Origin: Candidatus Hydrogenedentota bacterium
GTDB taxonomy: Bacteria > Hydrogenedentota > Hydrogenedentia > Hydrogenedentales > SLHB01
Direction: 5' to 3'
Length of the DNA: 64,000 nucleotides
Assembly (NCBI GenBank): GCA_045863295.1
Contig: BTWA01000011.1
Location: 1 to 64,000 of the forward strand
A program made the position numbers and the translations under genes. Every line of letters begins with the position of its first letter. Position 1 is the first letter of the stretch. Positions 48,817 through 59,806 of this stretch are shown piece after piece. Below the pieces are notes generated by a model. The model saw only the letters and a program-made list of their open reading frames with translations, searched no databases and had not been told where the DNA came from.

Positions 48817-50148
48817 ATGAATAAGTCCGCGATACGATGGCTGTACGGAGAATTGCCCACTCTTGTGGCGGGCGGAATCGTGTCGCAGGAATCCGCCGAT
48901 CGGATTCAGGAGCACTACGGCCCCGTCGAGGAATCCTTTTCGCGGACCAACGTGGCCATGGTGATCATCAGTGCACTGTGTGCCTTGCTGATCGGCCTGG
49001 GCCTGATTCTGATTCTCGCGCACAACTGGGACATGTATCCCCGATGGGTCAAGACAGTAATGTCTCTGTTGCCCATGGTGACCGGGCAAGCGCTTTGCCT
49101 GTTCGCCGTTTACCGTTTTAAGGATTCCCGGGCCTGGGGCGAGGGCGCAGGTACATGGCTGGGCTTGTCCATTGGCTCGTCCATTGCCCTCATTTCACAG
49201 ACCTATCATATTGAAGGTTCGTTCCATCAGTTCCTCCTGACATGGGTGCTGTTGGGCCTTCCCATCCTGTATTCGATGAACGCGATACTCCCCGGCATTT
49301 TGTACATTGCTGGCATCACGTTCTGGTGCGCTTCAAGCACCACCGAAGACGTATCGCCCATGTGGTATTTCGGGTTGTTAGCGCTTGCACTACCATACTT
49401 TGCCGTGCGCATCCGGCGCAGTGACGCGCCAATTGGCGGCGCCTTTCTGGCCTGGACTGTGTGCATCAGCCTGTGCGTCAGTCTCGGTTTCGCATTGGAG
49501 AAGACGCTGCCGGGACTATGGATCGTTATCTATTCCAGCCTTCTGGCGGGGATGTACCTTTTCGGACTCCGCTACGTTATGGAAGGAGAGCGAAGGGGCT
49601 GGCACCGTGCACCGCTCTACATCGGCGCGGGCGGCGTCGCCGTAATGAGTCTGCTTCTAAGCTACAGTTGGCCCTGGGAAAACATCGGCTGGAACCACTG
49701 GCGCTATGGCGACGACTATTCGCTCTTCGGCGGCATCCTGGACGGTGTCATTGCCGCCTTTCTGTTGGGCACGGCGTCCGTCCAGTTCCTGTTGCGGCTT
49801 CGATTGAAGCGCGCGGACGCCCTCTTCATCGGTCTAGCACCATGGATAGGACTGGCGTGTTATGGCATCGTCAGTCTCAGTGAACACATGGAGTTAATTC
49901 CGATGCTGATTTACAACGTGTACCTTCTGGTGCTCGGCGGGAGCTTATTGAGCGTCGGATTGAAAATGTTGCGGTTCAGCCTCGTTAACGCCGGTGTGGC
50001 CATACTTTCAGGCTGGATCATTGCCCGCTTCTTAGACGTGGATATGGGCTTCCTGGTGCGGGGCCTTGTGTTTATCGCCGTGGGCACGGCGCTGTTGGGT
50101 GTGAACATCTACATGCTGAAGGCGAAAAGGAAACCGGCCAATGCCTAA
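48817..50148 (+). CDS. DUF2157 membrane protein
   Basis: LIGLGLILILAHNW, SIALISQTYHI; many TM helices; followed by a GDYXXLXY gene. Confidence 0.82.
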   Translation: MNKSAIRWLYGELPTLVAGGIVSQESADRIQEHYGPVEESFSRTNVAMVIISALCALLIGLGLILILAHNWDMYPRWVKTVMSLLPMVTGQALCLFAVYRFKDSRAWGEGAGTWLGLSIGSSIALISQTYHIEGSFHQFLLTWVLLGLPILYSMNAILPGILYIAGITFWCASSTTEDVSPMWYFGLLALALPYFAVRIRRSDAPIGGAFLAWTVCISLCVSLGFALEKTLPGLWIVIYSSLLAGMYLFGLRYVMEGERRGWHRAPLYIGAGGVAVMSLLLSYSWPWENIGWNHWRYGDDYSLFGGILDGVIAAFLLGTASVQFLLRLRLKRADALFIGLAPWIGLACYGIVSLSEHMELIPMLIYNVYLLVLGGSLLSVGLKMLRFSLVNAGVAILSGWIIARFLDVDMGFLVRGLVFIAVGTALLGVNIYMLKAKRKPANA

Positions 50149-50719
50149 CACCCTCAAGATTGGAATTCTCGTTGTGGGCGCTCTGGCGCAGCTCGCAGTA
50201 CCGGTGTGGATGATAGCGGGTAAAGAGCGGACGCTGCGCGAAGGTCTCCCGTTCAAGTTTCGAACCGCCCCCGTCGATCCCGCCGACGTCTTTCGAGGTC
50301 GGTACGTCGCGCTGGCGTTTGAAGCACAGACCGCGCCGGTGCCCGAGGGCATGGTGCTCGGCTACGACGATGTGGTATACGCCGTCGTGGAAGCGGATGA
50401 AGATGGATTCGCCAAAATTGCTTCCCTGGCGCTAACCCCGCCCTCCGTGCCCAACCACATGAAGATCCGCGTAAGTTACGTGAACTACGACGAGAAGACC
50501 GTTCAACTGATTTTTCCGTTCGACCGGTTTTATATGGAAGAATCGTTCGCACCCGCCGCCGAACAGGCGTATTTCGCCAATCGCAATATGAGGGGCGAAC
50601 CCGCGAAAACCTATGCCCTCGTGCGAATTCTAAACGGCGATTCCACGATCGAGAATCTCTACATCGACGACATCCCGATTCGCGATTTTGTGTTGCAGCA
50701 AGAGATCCCGCAACCGTGA
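50141..50719 (+). CDS. GDYXXLXY-family membrane-anchored protein
   Basis: [26 protein letters not shown]; usual partner of DUF2157. Confidence 0.82.
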   Translation: MPNTLKIGILVVGALAQLAVPVWMIAGKERTLREGLPFKFRTAPVDPADVFRGRYVALAFEAQTAPVPEGMVLGYDDVVYAVVEADEDGFAKIASLALTPPSVPNHMKIRVSYVNYDEKTVQLIFPFDRFYMEESFAPAAEQAYFANRNMRGEPAKTYALVRILNGDSTIENLYIDDIPIRDFVLQQEIPQP

Positions 50720-51723
50720 CGGCCGCGCAGGCAACAAACACCCAGTTCCGGGATCGCAACGTGCTCGTGCTAGGCGGCCTCGGATTCATCGGAAGCAACC
50801 TCGCCGTGCGGTGCAATGAACTCGGCGCACACGTTACCGTGGTCGATTCGCTCATGAATCACGGTGGCGGCAACCTCGCCAACCTCGACGGCTACGGCGC
50901 CATCAAGGTCATTATCAACGACATCCGCGACTATTCCCTCATAAGCCGTGTCATGCCGGATCAGGATTTCGTGTTCAATTGTGCCGGGCACACCTCGCAC
51001 ACCTACTCCAACCGGGATCCGTTTCTCGATATCGACATCAATTGCAGGGGTACCATGAATGTGCTGGAAGCCGTGCGCAAAGAAAACCCCGATGCGCGCG
51101 TCCTATACGTGGGCACAAGCACGCAGTGCGGTCCTATGCTGCGCGATCCTATCGACGAGGCCCATCCCGAATTCCCGTTGGACATCTACTCCGCCAACAA
51201 AGTGGTCGCCGAAAAATACCACCTCATCTACCACCGGTTGCATGGACTTCGCACATCTGTCGTGCGGCTGGGAAACGTGTTCGGCCCGCGCGCCAATATC
51301 AAGAGCAGCGAAGGCGGCGTGCTCAATTTCTTTATCGGGCTGGCCCTCCAAGGCAAAGACTTGACCATCTACGGCGAAGGACGCCAGCGTCGCAACATGC
51401 TCTATGTCGACGATTGCGTCGAAGCGCTGCTGTGCACCGCCGCATCCGGCAACGCAATGGGTACCGTCCTCTTTGCCGCGGGGGATACCGAACACTCCGT
51501 CGCGGAATTTGCGGAAATGACCGTCGAAACATTTAACCACGGCCGCGTGGTCCACGTGCCATGGCCGGAAGAGTGGATCTCCTGCGATGTGGGCGACGTG
51601 TCCATCAGCAACGCACGCATCCGCGATTGCGTCGGTTGGGCGCCCCGGGTCACGGTGAGCGAGGGTCTAAAATCTACGCGGGCCTTTTACGAGTCCCGCA
51701 TGGGCTCTTATCTGCCTGCCTAA
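50716..51723 (+). CDS. NAD-dependent nucleotide-sugar epimerase/dehydratase
   Basis: [26 protein letters not shown]. Confidence 0.9.
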   Translation: MTAAQATNTQFRDRNVLVLGGLGFIGSNLAVRCNELGAHVTVVDSLMNHGGGNLANLDGYGAIKVIINDIRDYSLISRVMPDQDFVFNCAGHTSHTYSNRDPFLDIDINCRGTMNVLEAVRKENPDARVLYVGTSTQCGPMLRDPIDEAHPEFPLDIYSANKVVAEKYHLIYHRLHGLRTSVVRLGNVFGPRANIKSSEGGVLNFFIGLALQGKDLTIYGEGRQRRNMLYVDDCVEALLCTAASGNAMGTVLFAAGDTEHSVAEFAEMTVETFNHGRVVHVPWPEEWISCDVGDVSISNARIRDCVGWAPRVTVSEGLKSTRAFYESRMGSYLPA

Positions 51724-51801
51724 GCTACCTTTCATGTTGTATTTGACCCTTGCGCACATTAAGGTACTGACTTACATCGTCATTCAGCAAAAGGGACGCT
51801 C

Positions 51802-52779
51802 ATGAAAATTCAGGTCGTTGGCGGGGGCAGTTGGGGATTGGCGCTGGCACGGCTGTTGGCAAAGAACGGCCACGCCGTGCGCCTGTGGTGCCGCGAGGAA
51901 GACGACCCTCAGCACTTGCGCGAGACTCGTCAAAGCCGTTACTTTCTGCCCGGCGTGGCCATGCCGGATTCGATTGACGTTTCGCCCGAGGCCGACATCC
52001 ACGCGGATATGGCGGTGCTCGCCGTCCCCAGCCACGCGATGCGCGGCGCCATCTCCCGATTTCGCTTTCCCAAGGAAACCATCCTCGTAAATGTTGCCAA
52101 AGGAATCGAAAACGAAACGCTCCTGTGCATGCACGAGGTAATTCGGACGGTCTACGGCCCGTGCACCGTGGCCACGCTGTCCGGACCGAGCCACGCGGAA
52201 GAAGTGGCCAAAGACTTGCCCGCTACCCTGGTCGCCGCCAGCGAAGACCACGCAGTTGCCGAAATGGTGCAGCAGACCTTTATGGCCGATACATTTCGGG
52301 TCTACACGTCGGATGACATCACCGGGGTTGAACTCGGCGGCTCGATCAAAAACGTAATCGCCGTGGCCGCCGGCGTGTGCGACGCATTCGGACTTGGCGA
52401 CAACGCCAAGGCCGCGCTGATCACACGGGGCCTCGCAGAAATGGCGCGGCTCGGCGCGGCCATGGGGGCGCACCCCCTCACATTCTCAGGACTGAGCGGC
52501 ATGGGCGATCTGATCGTGACCTGCGAAAGCCGCCACTCGCGCAACCGGGCTTTTGGAGAACGCATCGCGCGCGGCGAACGTATCGAGGAGTTCGAGAAGT
52601 CCACGCACATGGTGGCAGAGGGTGTGCGCACTGCAAAATCCGCTCACGCCCTCGCGGTGCGTCACAATGTGCCCATGCCCATCACCGAACAGGTGTACCA
52701 GGTTATCTACGAGAACGCCGACCCGCGCGAAGCCGTCGCGGCCCTCATGCAACGGGACGCAAAACCCGAGCGCCAATAA
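51802..52779 (+). CDS. gpsA: NAD(P)H-dependent glycerol-3-phosphate dehydrogenase
   Basis: GGGSWG, AKGIE, LSGPSHAEEV, KNVIAVA, GDLIVTC..SRN. Confidence 0.96.
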   Translation: MKIQVVGGGSWGLALARLLAKNGHAVRLWCREEDDPQHLRETRQSRYFLPGVAMPDSIDVSPEADIHADMAVLAVPSHAMRGAISRFRFPKETILVNVAKGIENETLLCMHEVIRTVYGPCTVATLSGPSHAEEVAKDLPATLVAASEDHAVAEMVQQTFMADTFRVYTSDDITGVELGGSIKNVIAVAAGVCDAFGLGDNAKAALITRGLAEMARLGAAMGAHPLTFSGLSGMGDLIVTCESRHSRNRAFGERIARGERIEEFEKSTHMVAEGVRTAKSAHALAVRHNVPMPITEQVYQVIYENADPREAVAALMQRDAKPERQ

Positions 52780-52945
52780 GCGCCTCGGGGGTGCTGAAGC
52801 CTGGGTCTGCTCCACATGCGGAGCCCGCTCCCGTCGTATGCCCGAAGTCTGCGAACAAACGCAGTAAGCCCGCAGCCAAGAAATCCACTGAGCGGCAATA
52901 AACGGCTCGCTACTGCGGGAAGCCAAATGCACGCTACGACCACCC

Positions 52946-52976
52946 AAAAAAAATGCCCCCGGAACTTCCGGGGGCA
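52946..52976 (-). terminator. Rho-independent terminator of ppiD
   Basis: Minus strand TGCCCCCGG-AAGTT-CCGGGGGCA followed by T8, 20 nt after the stop. Confidence 0.9.
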
Positions 52977-52995
52977 CTGAGATCAACGTGAAATA

Positions 52996-55002
52996 CTAAT
53001 TCGCAACGGCTTCAGGTGTCGCCGCCGAAGGCTCGGCCGAGGGCGATTCCGCCGGAGCAGCCGGTTCTTCGGCCGGGGTCTCTGCCGGGGTTTCCGCGGG
53101 CGTCGCTGCTTCAGCCCCTGCCTCCGCGGGAGTCGCTTCGCCGGAAGTGGCGGGGTCCGCCACGGGCGCCTCAGGCGTCCCTTCCTTGTTCAATCCCAAC
53201 ACCAGCGCTCGGACATTCTGATCAACACTCCAGAGCACCCGCTCCCGTTTGTCGGCCAAATAGTCCATCACGCGTTCCATATCCGCGCGCGATTTCGCCA
53301 TTTCCACCAAGCGCTCGCGTTCCTTGGGATACTCCTCCGCCCAAGCCTGCTCCGTCGGGCCTTCCTTGGCGGCCACTTCTACGAAGAAGGCGCCGCCCAT
53401 ATAATCATTCACCGGGCCGAACATCTCACCCGGCTTCTTGGACTCAGCCTGCGCAAATACCATCTGCAAGTCCCACATGGGACCGGTGCCAAATGGATAG
53501 TTCATCATCGTAAACGGACCAACACTTTCCACTTTGGCATTCAGTTCGGGCGCAACCGAAGCAATGGCGTCAAGACTCTTGGCCTCACTGCTGATCCGGT
53601 CCAGCATGAGCTTGAGTTGCTCCAAGTAGATCGGGTCGGTCATCCGCGTTTCGCGCGTCAAATCCTCGGTGACCTTGTCTTTCACTTCCGCCAACTCAGG
53701 CATCACACCTGCAACTACGTCCGTCACCTTGGCCACATATACAAAACGCATCGCCGAAATCGGATCGGCAATCGCATCTTTCGCCTGGGATCCCAACTGC
53801 GCACGCAGAAAGCGAACATCGTCACTCACCACATTCGCAATCTCAAGTGACTGATTGTTGAACGGGCCGATGCTCTTGACCTCCAAGCCCTCCTGCGCGG
53901 CCACGGCGGCCAGGTCGCCGCCCTCTTTCGCTTTCGCCGCGATATCCGTGGCCCGCTTCAGCACGGCTTCTTTCTCGGCTTCCGGAAGCGTGGGGCGGAA
54001 AACGATCTGTCGCGCCTTCACTTCGCGCGCCTGCGTCTGCTCGTTGGTGCGCACTTCCTCCGCCTTCAACACGTAGTAGCCGCCCGGCCCATCCAACGGT
54101 CCGCGCACTTCGCCCGCCGCCATGTCAAAGAGCACCTTCAAATGATCAGGGGTGCCTGCCGCATCCGCCACCCAGCCAAGATCGCCGCCGGTTTCTTTGT
54201 CGAACCCCTCGGAATACTGCGTCACCAACGCGGCAAAATCCTCGCCGGCCTTCGCCTTGTCCACGGCCTCCGCGGCGGCCGGAGGCGCCGGCGGCATGAT
54301 AGGAATCGCGATCACATCCGCCGTCCGGTTCTCGGGCGTGCGGTACCGTTCCTGATTTGTCGTGTAATACGACTGAATTTGCTCTTCGGTCAGGTTCACC
54401 GGCGGCTCAACCTTGACATACCGCAACGTCAACGATGTGTGCTGCTTCTCGAACATGTCCTTGAGTTCGCCTTCGAGCACGCGCGAGGACGCCTGCGCCC
54501 GCTCTATCACGAAATTGCGCGCCTCCTGCACCTTCATTCCATCGTACAACTGATTCCAGTTGACATCGCGCCGATCCACGAACTTGTTCCACAACTCCGA
54601 GTCGAATTGGCCGTCGGGCGTCTGGAAATCCTGCCACTGCTTAATCTTGTCGGTGAGAAACGCACGATCGAAATCCACCCCGGAATCGCGCGCTTCCTGT
54701 TCCAGAATCTCGGTATTCACCAAGCGCTCGATAATCTGCATGTCCACGCCCTGGGCCACTAAATCCTCCGCCTTCACCGCTCGGCCCGGCATCGACCGGC
54801 GAGCCAATTCCGCGGACATCTCGCCCCGGAATGCCTCGACGGAAATGGGATTGCCCTCCACCTCCGCAATCGCCACGTTGCTGCCGCCGGAATCGACCGG
54901 TCCAGTCCCCACGCTGGCACCCCAATAAACAAACATGGGGATGAGAACGATGGCCATTGCGTAGAGTACAAAACGCTTGTGTTTACGAAGAAAATCTTGC
55001 AT
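52996..55002 (-). CDS. PpiD/SurA-family parvulin-type peptidyl-prolyl isomerase/chaperone
   Basis: N-terminal TM, SurA_N-like region, FAALVTQYSE...GGDLGW...GYYVLK parvulin domain; Ala/Glu/Pro-rich tail. Confidence 0.85.
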   Translation of the reverse strand: MQDFLRKHKRFVLYAMAIVLIPMFVYWGASVGTGPVDSGGSNVAIAEVEGNPISVEAFRGEMSAELARRSMPGRAVKAEDLVAQGVDMQIIERLVNTEILEQEARDSGVDFDRAFLTDKIKQWQDFQTPDGQFDSELWNKFVDRRDVNWNQLYDGMKVQEARNFVIERAQASSRVLEGELKDMFEKQHTSLTLRYVKVEPPVNLTEEQIQSYYTTNQERYRTPENRTADVIAIPIMPPAPPAAAEAVDKAKAGEDFAALVTQYSEGFDKETGGDLGWVADAAGTPDHLKVLFDMAAGEVRGPLDGPGGYYVLKAEEVRTNEQTQAREVKARQIVFRPTLPEAEKEAVLKRATDIAAKAKEGGDLAAVAAQEGLEVKSIGPFNNQSLEIANVVSDDVRFLRAQLGSQAKDAIADPISAMRFVYVAKVTDVVAGVMPELAEVKDKVTEDLTRETRMTDPIYLEQLKLMLDRISSEAKSLDAIASVAPELNAKVESVGPFTMMNYPFGTGPMWDLQMVFAQAESKKPGEMFGPVNDYMGGAFFVEVAAKEGPTEQAWAEEYPKERERLVEMAKSRADMERVMDYLADKRERVLWSVDQNVRALVLGLNKEGTPEAPVADPATSGEATPAEAGAEAATPAETPAETPAEEPAAPAESPSAEPSAATPEAVAN

Positions 55003-55224
55003 GAATGTTACACCTGATCCGGAACGTTATTGCCCGTGCTGCCTATAGCATGAAAGTACGCCAACTCGAATGCCCGCTGAACCGGGAAACGGTAGCATAC
55101 GCCCGTAAAACAGCGCAAATTCCCGCTTCACCGCCACGGAGGGGAAACCAACGGGAATGTGATAGCATGCCTCAACGAGGCCGTAATTGACAGGTAAATC
55201 CAACACGACGAGGTATAAGGCACG

Positions 55225-55902
55225 ATGGGCGAAATGATCGAATTCCCAATCAACGGCAAATCCAGCCCGGGATATCTGGCTTTGCCCAAAGCCGGGGAAG
55301 GGCCCGGAGTCATCGTCTTGCAGGAATGGTGGGGTCTCGTGGATCACATCAAAGACGTCGCCGATCGCTTCGCACGGGAAGGCTTCGTTGCCCTCGCGCC
55401 TGACCTATACCACGGCAAAACCACGAAAAGTCCAGATGACGCCGGAAAACTCATGATGGCGCTAAACATTTCGGAAACGGAAAAGGATCTCCGCGGCGCC
55501 ATCGCCTACCTCACGGGTCACAAGGCGGTGACGGCAGGAAGCATCGGCACCGTGGGATTCTGTATGGGCGGACAATTGTCTCTGTTCGCTGCATGCGCCA
55601 ATCCTGCGGTCAGTGCGTGCGTTGTCTACTACGGCATACACCCCAATGTGCACCCGGACATCCCGAATCTGAATGCCCCCGTACTGGGCTTCTTTGCGGA
55701 GAATGACGGCTTCGTCACACCGGAAGTCGTGCGCAATCTGGAACAACGTCTGCAAAACGCGAGGAAACAAGTAGAGTTCCACATCTACGACGGCGCCAAC
55801 CACGCCTTCTTCAACGATACGCGCCCAGAGGTATACAACGAAAGTTACGCCGCCGACTCGTGGCAACGCATGATCGCGTTCTTCCGGAACCATTTGAATT
55901 GA
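55225..55902 (+). CDS. Dienelactone hydrolase family protein
   Basis: QEWWGL, APDLY, GFCMGG, HAFFND. Confidence 0.93.
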   Translation: MGEMIEFPINGKSSPGYLALPKAGEGPGVIVLQEWWGLVDHIKDVADRFAREGFVALAPDLYHGKTTKSPDDAGKLMMALNISETEKDLRGAIAYLTGHKAVTAGSIGTVGFCMGGQLSLFAACANPAVSACVVYYGIHPNVHPDIPNLNAPVLGFFAENDGFVTPEVVRNLEQRLQNARKQVEFHIYDGANHAFFNDTRPEVYNESYAADSWQRMIAFFRNHLN

Positions 55903-55939
55903 AATCGGGGCGCAATTACGGCCCTGCGCAGGAAATGCC

Positions 55940-57406
55940 ATGATTAAAAAAGCGGCGTTCGTGGTGTCGGCGGCGCTGATTGCTTTGCTATGCGTCGTGG
56001 CCGTTCGAACCATGACGCTTAAGTCGCGTCAAATGCGCGTGGAACCCGTGATCGATTCAGGCATCAACGCGCAACAAGCGGCGGACCGGCTGGCCAAGAG
56101 CCTGACGTTCGAAACGATTTCGTACGGCGTGCCCTCGCCGATCAGCAAAGAGGCCATGACCCAGTTCCATACCTTTCTGGAGACCACCTACCCACAAGTC
56201 CATGCCGCGCTCCAACGAGAGATCATCGGCGGTTTCAGCCTCTTGTACACATGGCCCGGTTCGGACGCCAGCCTGGATCCCCTGCTTATCATGGGCCACT
56301 TCGACGTCGTTCCCGTCGCGCCCGATACGCTCGACCAATGGACCCACCCGCCATTTGCGGGTGTGGTAGAAGATGGCATCGTGTGGGGACGCGGCGCAGT
56401 CGACGACAAGATCAATATCATCGGAACGATGGAAGCGGTGACCCGCCTCCTGGAATCGTCGTATCGGCCCAAGCGGACGGTCATGCTCGCGTTCGGACAC
56501 GACGAAGAAGCGACAGGCAGGGAAGGCGCAAAAGCCATCGCCGCCACGTTACAGGATCGAGGCATTCGGCTCGCATGCGCCGTCGACGAAGGCGGATTCA
56601 TCATCTCCGGCGTCATGCCTGGCATCGAATCGCCGGTGGCACTAATAGGAATCGCCGAAAAAGGCTACGTCACGCTGAAATTGACTGCCAACGACGTGGG
56701 CGGCCATTCCTCCACACCGCCACGCCACGGCGCCATCGGTATCCTGGCCAACGCAGTGAAGCGCCTGGAAGATAACCCCTTTCCAGATCAAATCGACGGC
56801 ATACCGCGTCAAATGCTTGAAGCGCTGGCCCCCGAAATGTCGCTGCCGTACCGCGCCATTATGGGTAATCTCTGGCTGACCAAACCGATCGTGAAACGCA
56901 TCATGAGCGCAAACCCCAAAGTCGACGCGACCCTACGCACGACAACCGCCGTAACCACCATCAGCGGCGGCATCAAGGAAAATGTGTTGCCCACGGAAGC
57001 ATCCGCAACTGTAAACCACCGCATTTATCCCGGAGAGTCCATGGCATCCACGGCCGAACGCGTGAAGCGCATAATTAATGACGATCGCGTGGCCGTGGAA
57101 ATCATGGATGGCAGCGGAAACGAACCTTCTCCGGTATCGCCGATAGGCGGCACCGCGTACAAGGCGATCGAAAAGACGCTGCGCCAGGTGACGCCAGACG
57201 CGTTGGTGGCTCCGTACCTCGTGCTCGGCGCAACCGATGCCCGCTACTTTTACTCGGTTACCGATAATGTCTACCGCATTGTCGCCGTCCGCATTCCCGG
57301 CGATGCTACCGCCATGGTTCACGGCGTAAATGAGCATATCGCCGTGGAAAACGTCGGCGAGGTCGCGGCCTTCTACGCGCAACTGATTCGCAACTTCAAC
57401 GAGTGA
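55940..57406 (+). CDS. M20 family metallopeptidase (carboxypeptidase S/PM20D1-like)
   Basis: GHFDVVP, WGRGAVDDK, GHDEE, DEGG, GGHSS, GATD, HGVNE. Confidence 0.92.
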   Translation: MIKKAAFVVSAALIALLCVVAVRTMTLKSRQMRVEPVIDSGINAQQAADRLAKSLTFETISYGVPSPISKEAMTQFHTFLETTYPQVHAALQREIIGGFSLLYTWPGSDASLDPLLIMGHFDVVPVAPDTLDQWTHPPFAGVVEDGIVWGRGAVDDKINIIGTMEAVTRLLESSYRPKRTVMLAFGHDEEATGREGAKAIAATLQDRGIRLACAVDEGGFIISGVMPGIESPVALIGIAEKGYVTLKLTANDVGGHSSTPPRHGAIGILANAVKRLEDNPFPDQIDGIPRQMLEALAPEMSLPYRAIMGNLWLTKPIVKRIMSANPKVDATLRTTTAVTTISGGIKENVLPTEASATVNHRIYPGESMASTAERVKRIINDDRVAVEIMDGSGNEPSPVSPIGGTAYKAIEKTLRQVTPDALVAPYLVLGATDARYFYSVTDNVYRIVAVRIPGDATAMVHGVNEHIAVENVGEVAAFYAQLIRNFNE

Positions 57407-57418
57407 TTGAGACCGAAT

Positions 57419-57907
57419 ATGTACACACCCATTCTGGCAACGCTCGGCTATGTGCTGTCGGCGGACGGCTCGCGCGTCCTGATGATCCACCGAAACAAGC
57501 GCGGAGGCGATCAACATATCGGTAAATACAACGGACTCGGCGGCAAAGTGGAGGCCGAGGAAGACGTAGTCGCCTCAATGAAACGGGAAATTCTAGAGGA
57601 AGCCGGCATCCGGGTAACCGCCATGGAATTGCGCGGGACCATTTCCTGGCCGGGATTTGGCAAGCATGGCGAAGACTGGTTTGCATTTGTCTTTCTCATT
57701 ACCGCATACGAAGGCGAACCTGTTCGCCATGGTGACGAAGGCGATCTGACCTGGATTGAAGTGAACCGCATTCTGGAACTGCCCTTGTGGGAAGGAGACA
57801 AGCACTTCCTCCCGCTCGTATTCGATCGCTCCAAGACCCCATTTCACGGGGTCATGCCCTACGACGGCGGTAAACCCGTTTCCTGGTCTTTCTCTACCCT
57901 CCACTGA
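57419..57907 (+). CDS. Nudix hydrolase, 8-oxo-dGTP diphosphatase-like
   Basis: Nudix box GGKVEAEEDVVASMKREILEEAGI; LWEGD. Confidence 0.9.
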   Translation: MYTPILATLGYVLSADGSRVLMIHRNKRGGDQHIGKYNGLGGKVEAEEDVVASMKREILEEAGIRVTAMELRGTISWPGFGKHGEDWFAFVFLITAYEGEPVRHGDEGDLTWIEVNRILELPLWEGDKHFLPLVFDRSKTPFHGVMPYDGGKPVSWSFSTLH

Positions 57908-58257
57908 CCGCGGCAAAATTCGTTGAAACCTTTTCTCCACTCGACGGGTATTTAATGGTGCAAGCGGTTCCGCCGATTTGGCGGATTTGACAGCTTTCGC
58001 GCTTTCCCGATCGCCTGTCCAAATGGATGGTAGAATTGGATGTAACTTCGGGAACCGGAAAGTCACTTCTGGGTTGTACGAAGTGATTTCGCCGACATGT
58101 CTGTGGGGCCTCAGACTGAGCGTATCGCAATACGGGTCGCAAACCCTTTCGGGGGCGCGGCCGTACTTCCGCATGGTTAACCTTGAGGTGGTAAGGTATG
58201 TGCGTTGACGAACAGTCCCCAAGGATCTCCGCTCCGCGGAATCCGTCCACGCTCCCA

Positions 58258-59775
58258 ATGGATTCTCCCTCCCCACTCCCCGAATCAAGCAGGCGAAACT
58301 GGTTGTTCGGTGGATTCATCGCGGCGTTGGCCGTGGCCGGTCAGGGATGTCCCCCCGCGCCAAACCCCGATCCCGATCCGGACCCCGATCCAGATCCAGA
58401 TCCAGATCCGGCGCCGGAAGACGAAGCCCTGTTGCTGCGTCTAGTCAACCGCATTTGCTTCGGCTCCACCATCGAGGAGTTCGATCGCGCGAAGTCCATG
58501 GGGTATAGCCAATACCTCGAGTATCACCTCAACTACACAGCCATCGATGACAGCGCGCTCAACGCCAAACTGGCCCAATACACCACGCTGTCCATGACGC
58601 CGGCCCAAATTCTGGCCATGGGCGATTTCGGCATTCGAGCCTCATTCGAACTTACTGCAGCCGTGCTCCTGCGTGCCACCCACAGTAAACGCCAATTGTA
58701 CGAACGCATGGTGGAACTGTGGACCGACCATCTCAACATCCACCTGTCCAGCGAATTTCAACCCTTGCTCAAACCGGTGGATGACCGCGAGACCATTCGC
58801 AAACATGCCCTCGGCAAGTTTCCCGACCTGCTGTCCGCCAGCGCGCACAGTCCCGCAATGCTCGTGTATTTGGACAACGCGCAAAGCTCCAAGGAAGCGC
58901 CCAATCAGAACTACGGACGCGAACTGCTGGAGCTGCACTCCATCGGAGTGGATAACTTCACGCAACAGGATGTGGAGGAAGTCGCGCGCTGTTTCACCGG
59001 ATGGTCTATCGACATCAATGTGCTCGGTCCCAACGTCGGACAGTTTGTCTACTATGACTTCGCCCATGACAATGGCGCGAAAACGGTGTTGGGTAAGACC
59101 ATTCCCGCGGGCGGCGGAAAGAGTGACGGCGACAAAGTGCTCCAACTCCTGACGCGCGATCCCGACATCGCGCCCATGACCGCTCGCTTCATCGCATTCA
59201 AAATTGCGCGCCACTTTTGGGGCTACAACCCGCCTGTCGATTTGCTGAACGCCATGCGTGACGCATATCTCTCAAATGACGGCGACATCAAATCCATGCT
59301 GCGGATCTGTTTGTCGAAAGAATGGCTCGCGCAAGCGCCGCTCAAATACAAACGCCCGTTTCATTACGTCGTGTCCGCACTCCGCTCCATTAAAGCGGAA
59401 CTCGTCGAAGATGTGGACCTGTTCGCCATCGGAGCCATCCTCCAGTGGATGGGACAAGTGCCGTTCCAATGGGCTCCACCCAACGGGTACCCCGACAGCT
59501 ACGGATATTGGTCCGGGTTGCTGCTACCCCGGTGGCGATACGGCGCGCTGCTGTTCCTCCAACCCATCATTGGCGTGGACCTTGCCCCATTTCAGGATCT
59601 CTTGTCGCCGGATGGATTCCTCGATCGCGTGAATGACGTCTTGTTCCAAGGCACGATGACCGCCGAAGAACGCGCCGCCTTGATGGGATTCCTGCAAGGC
59701 GCGCCAAATCAGGAATTGCGAAAGCGCGAGACGCTGGGTCTCGCCGTCTCCTCCCCGGGTTTCCAATGGTATTGA
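58258..59775 (+). CDS. DUF1800 family protein with Tat-lipoprotein-like leader and (DP)n linker
   Basis: SRRNWL...GQGC; QLYERMVELWTDH, SPAMLVYLDN, NQNYGRELLELHSIG, ARCFTGW. Confidence 0.88.
   Translation: MDSPSPLPESSRRNWLFGGFIAALAVAGQGCPPAPNPDPDPDPDPDPDPDPAPEDEALLLRLVNRICFGSTIEEFDRAKSMGYSQYLEYHLNYTAIDDSALNAKLAQYTTLSMTPAQILAMGDFGIRASFELTAAVLLRATHSKRQLYERMVELWTDHLNIHLSSEFQPLLKPVDDRETIRKHALGKFPDLLSASAHSPAMLVYLDNAQSSKEAPNQNYGRELLELHSIGVDNFTQQDVEEVARCFTGWSIDINVLGPNVGQFVYYDFAHDNGAKTVLGKTIPAGGGKSDGDKVLQLLTRDPDIAPMTARFIAFKIARHFWGYNPPVDLLNAMRDAYLSNDGDIKSMLRICLSKEWLAQAPLKYKRPFHYVVSALRSIKAELVEDVDLFAIGAILQWMGQVPFQWAPPNGYPDSYGYWSGLLLPRWRYGALLFLQPIIGVDLAPFQDLLSPDGFLDRVNDVLFQGTMTAEERAALMGFLQGAPNQELRKRETLGLAVSSPGFQWY
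58363..58410 (+). repeat. Coding hexamer repeat (GAYCCN)n encoding NP(DP)7
   Basis: aaccccgatcccgatccggaccccgatccagatccagatccagatccg. Confidence 0.85.
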
Positions 59776-59806
59776 TGGCCGGCCTCGCCGGATTGGGAGT
59801 GTAAAT

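Noticed and set aside
52780..52867. Rubredoxin-like string WVCSTCG...PEVC at the end of ORF 52553..52867
   Set aside because: Second Cys pair is incomplete, there is no plausible start or RBS, and the ORF overlaps gpsA out of frame; likely chance
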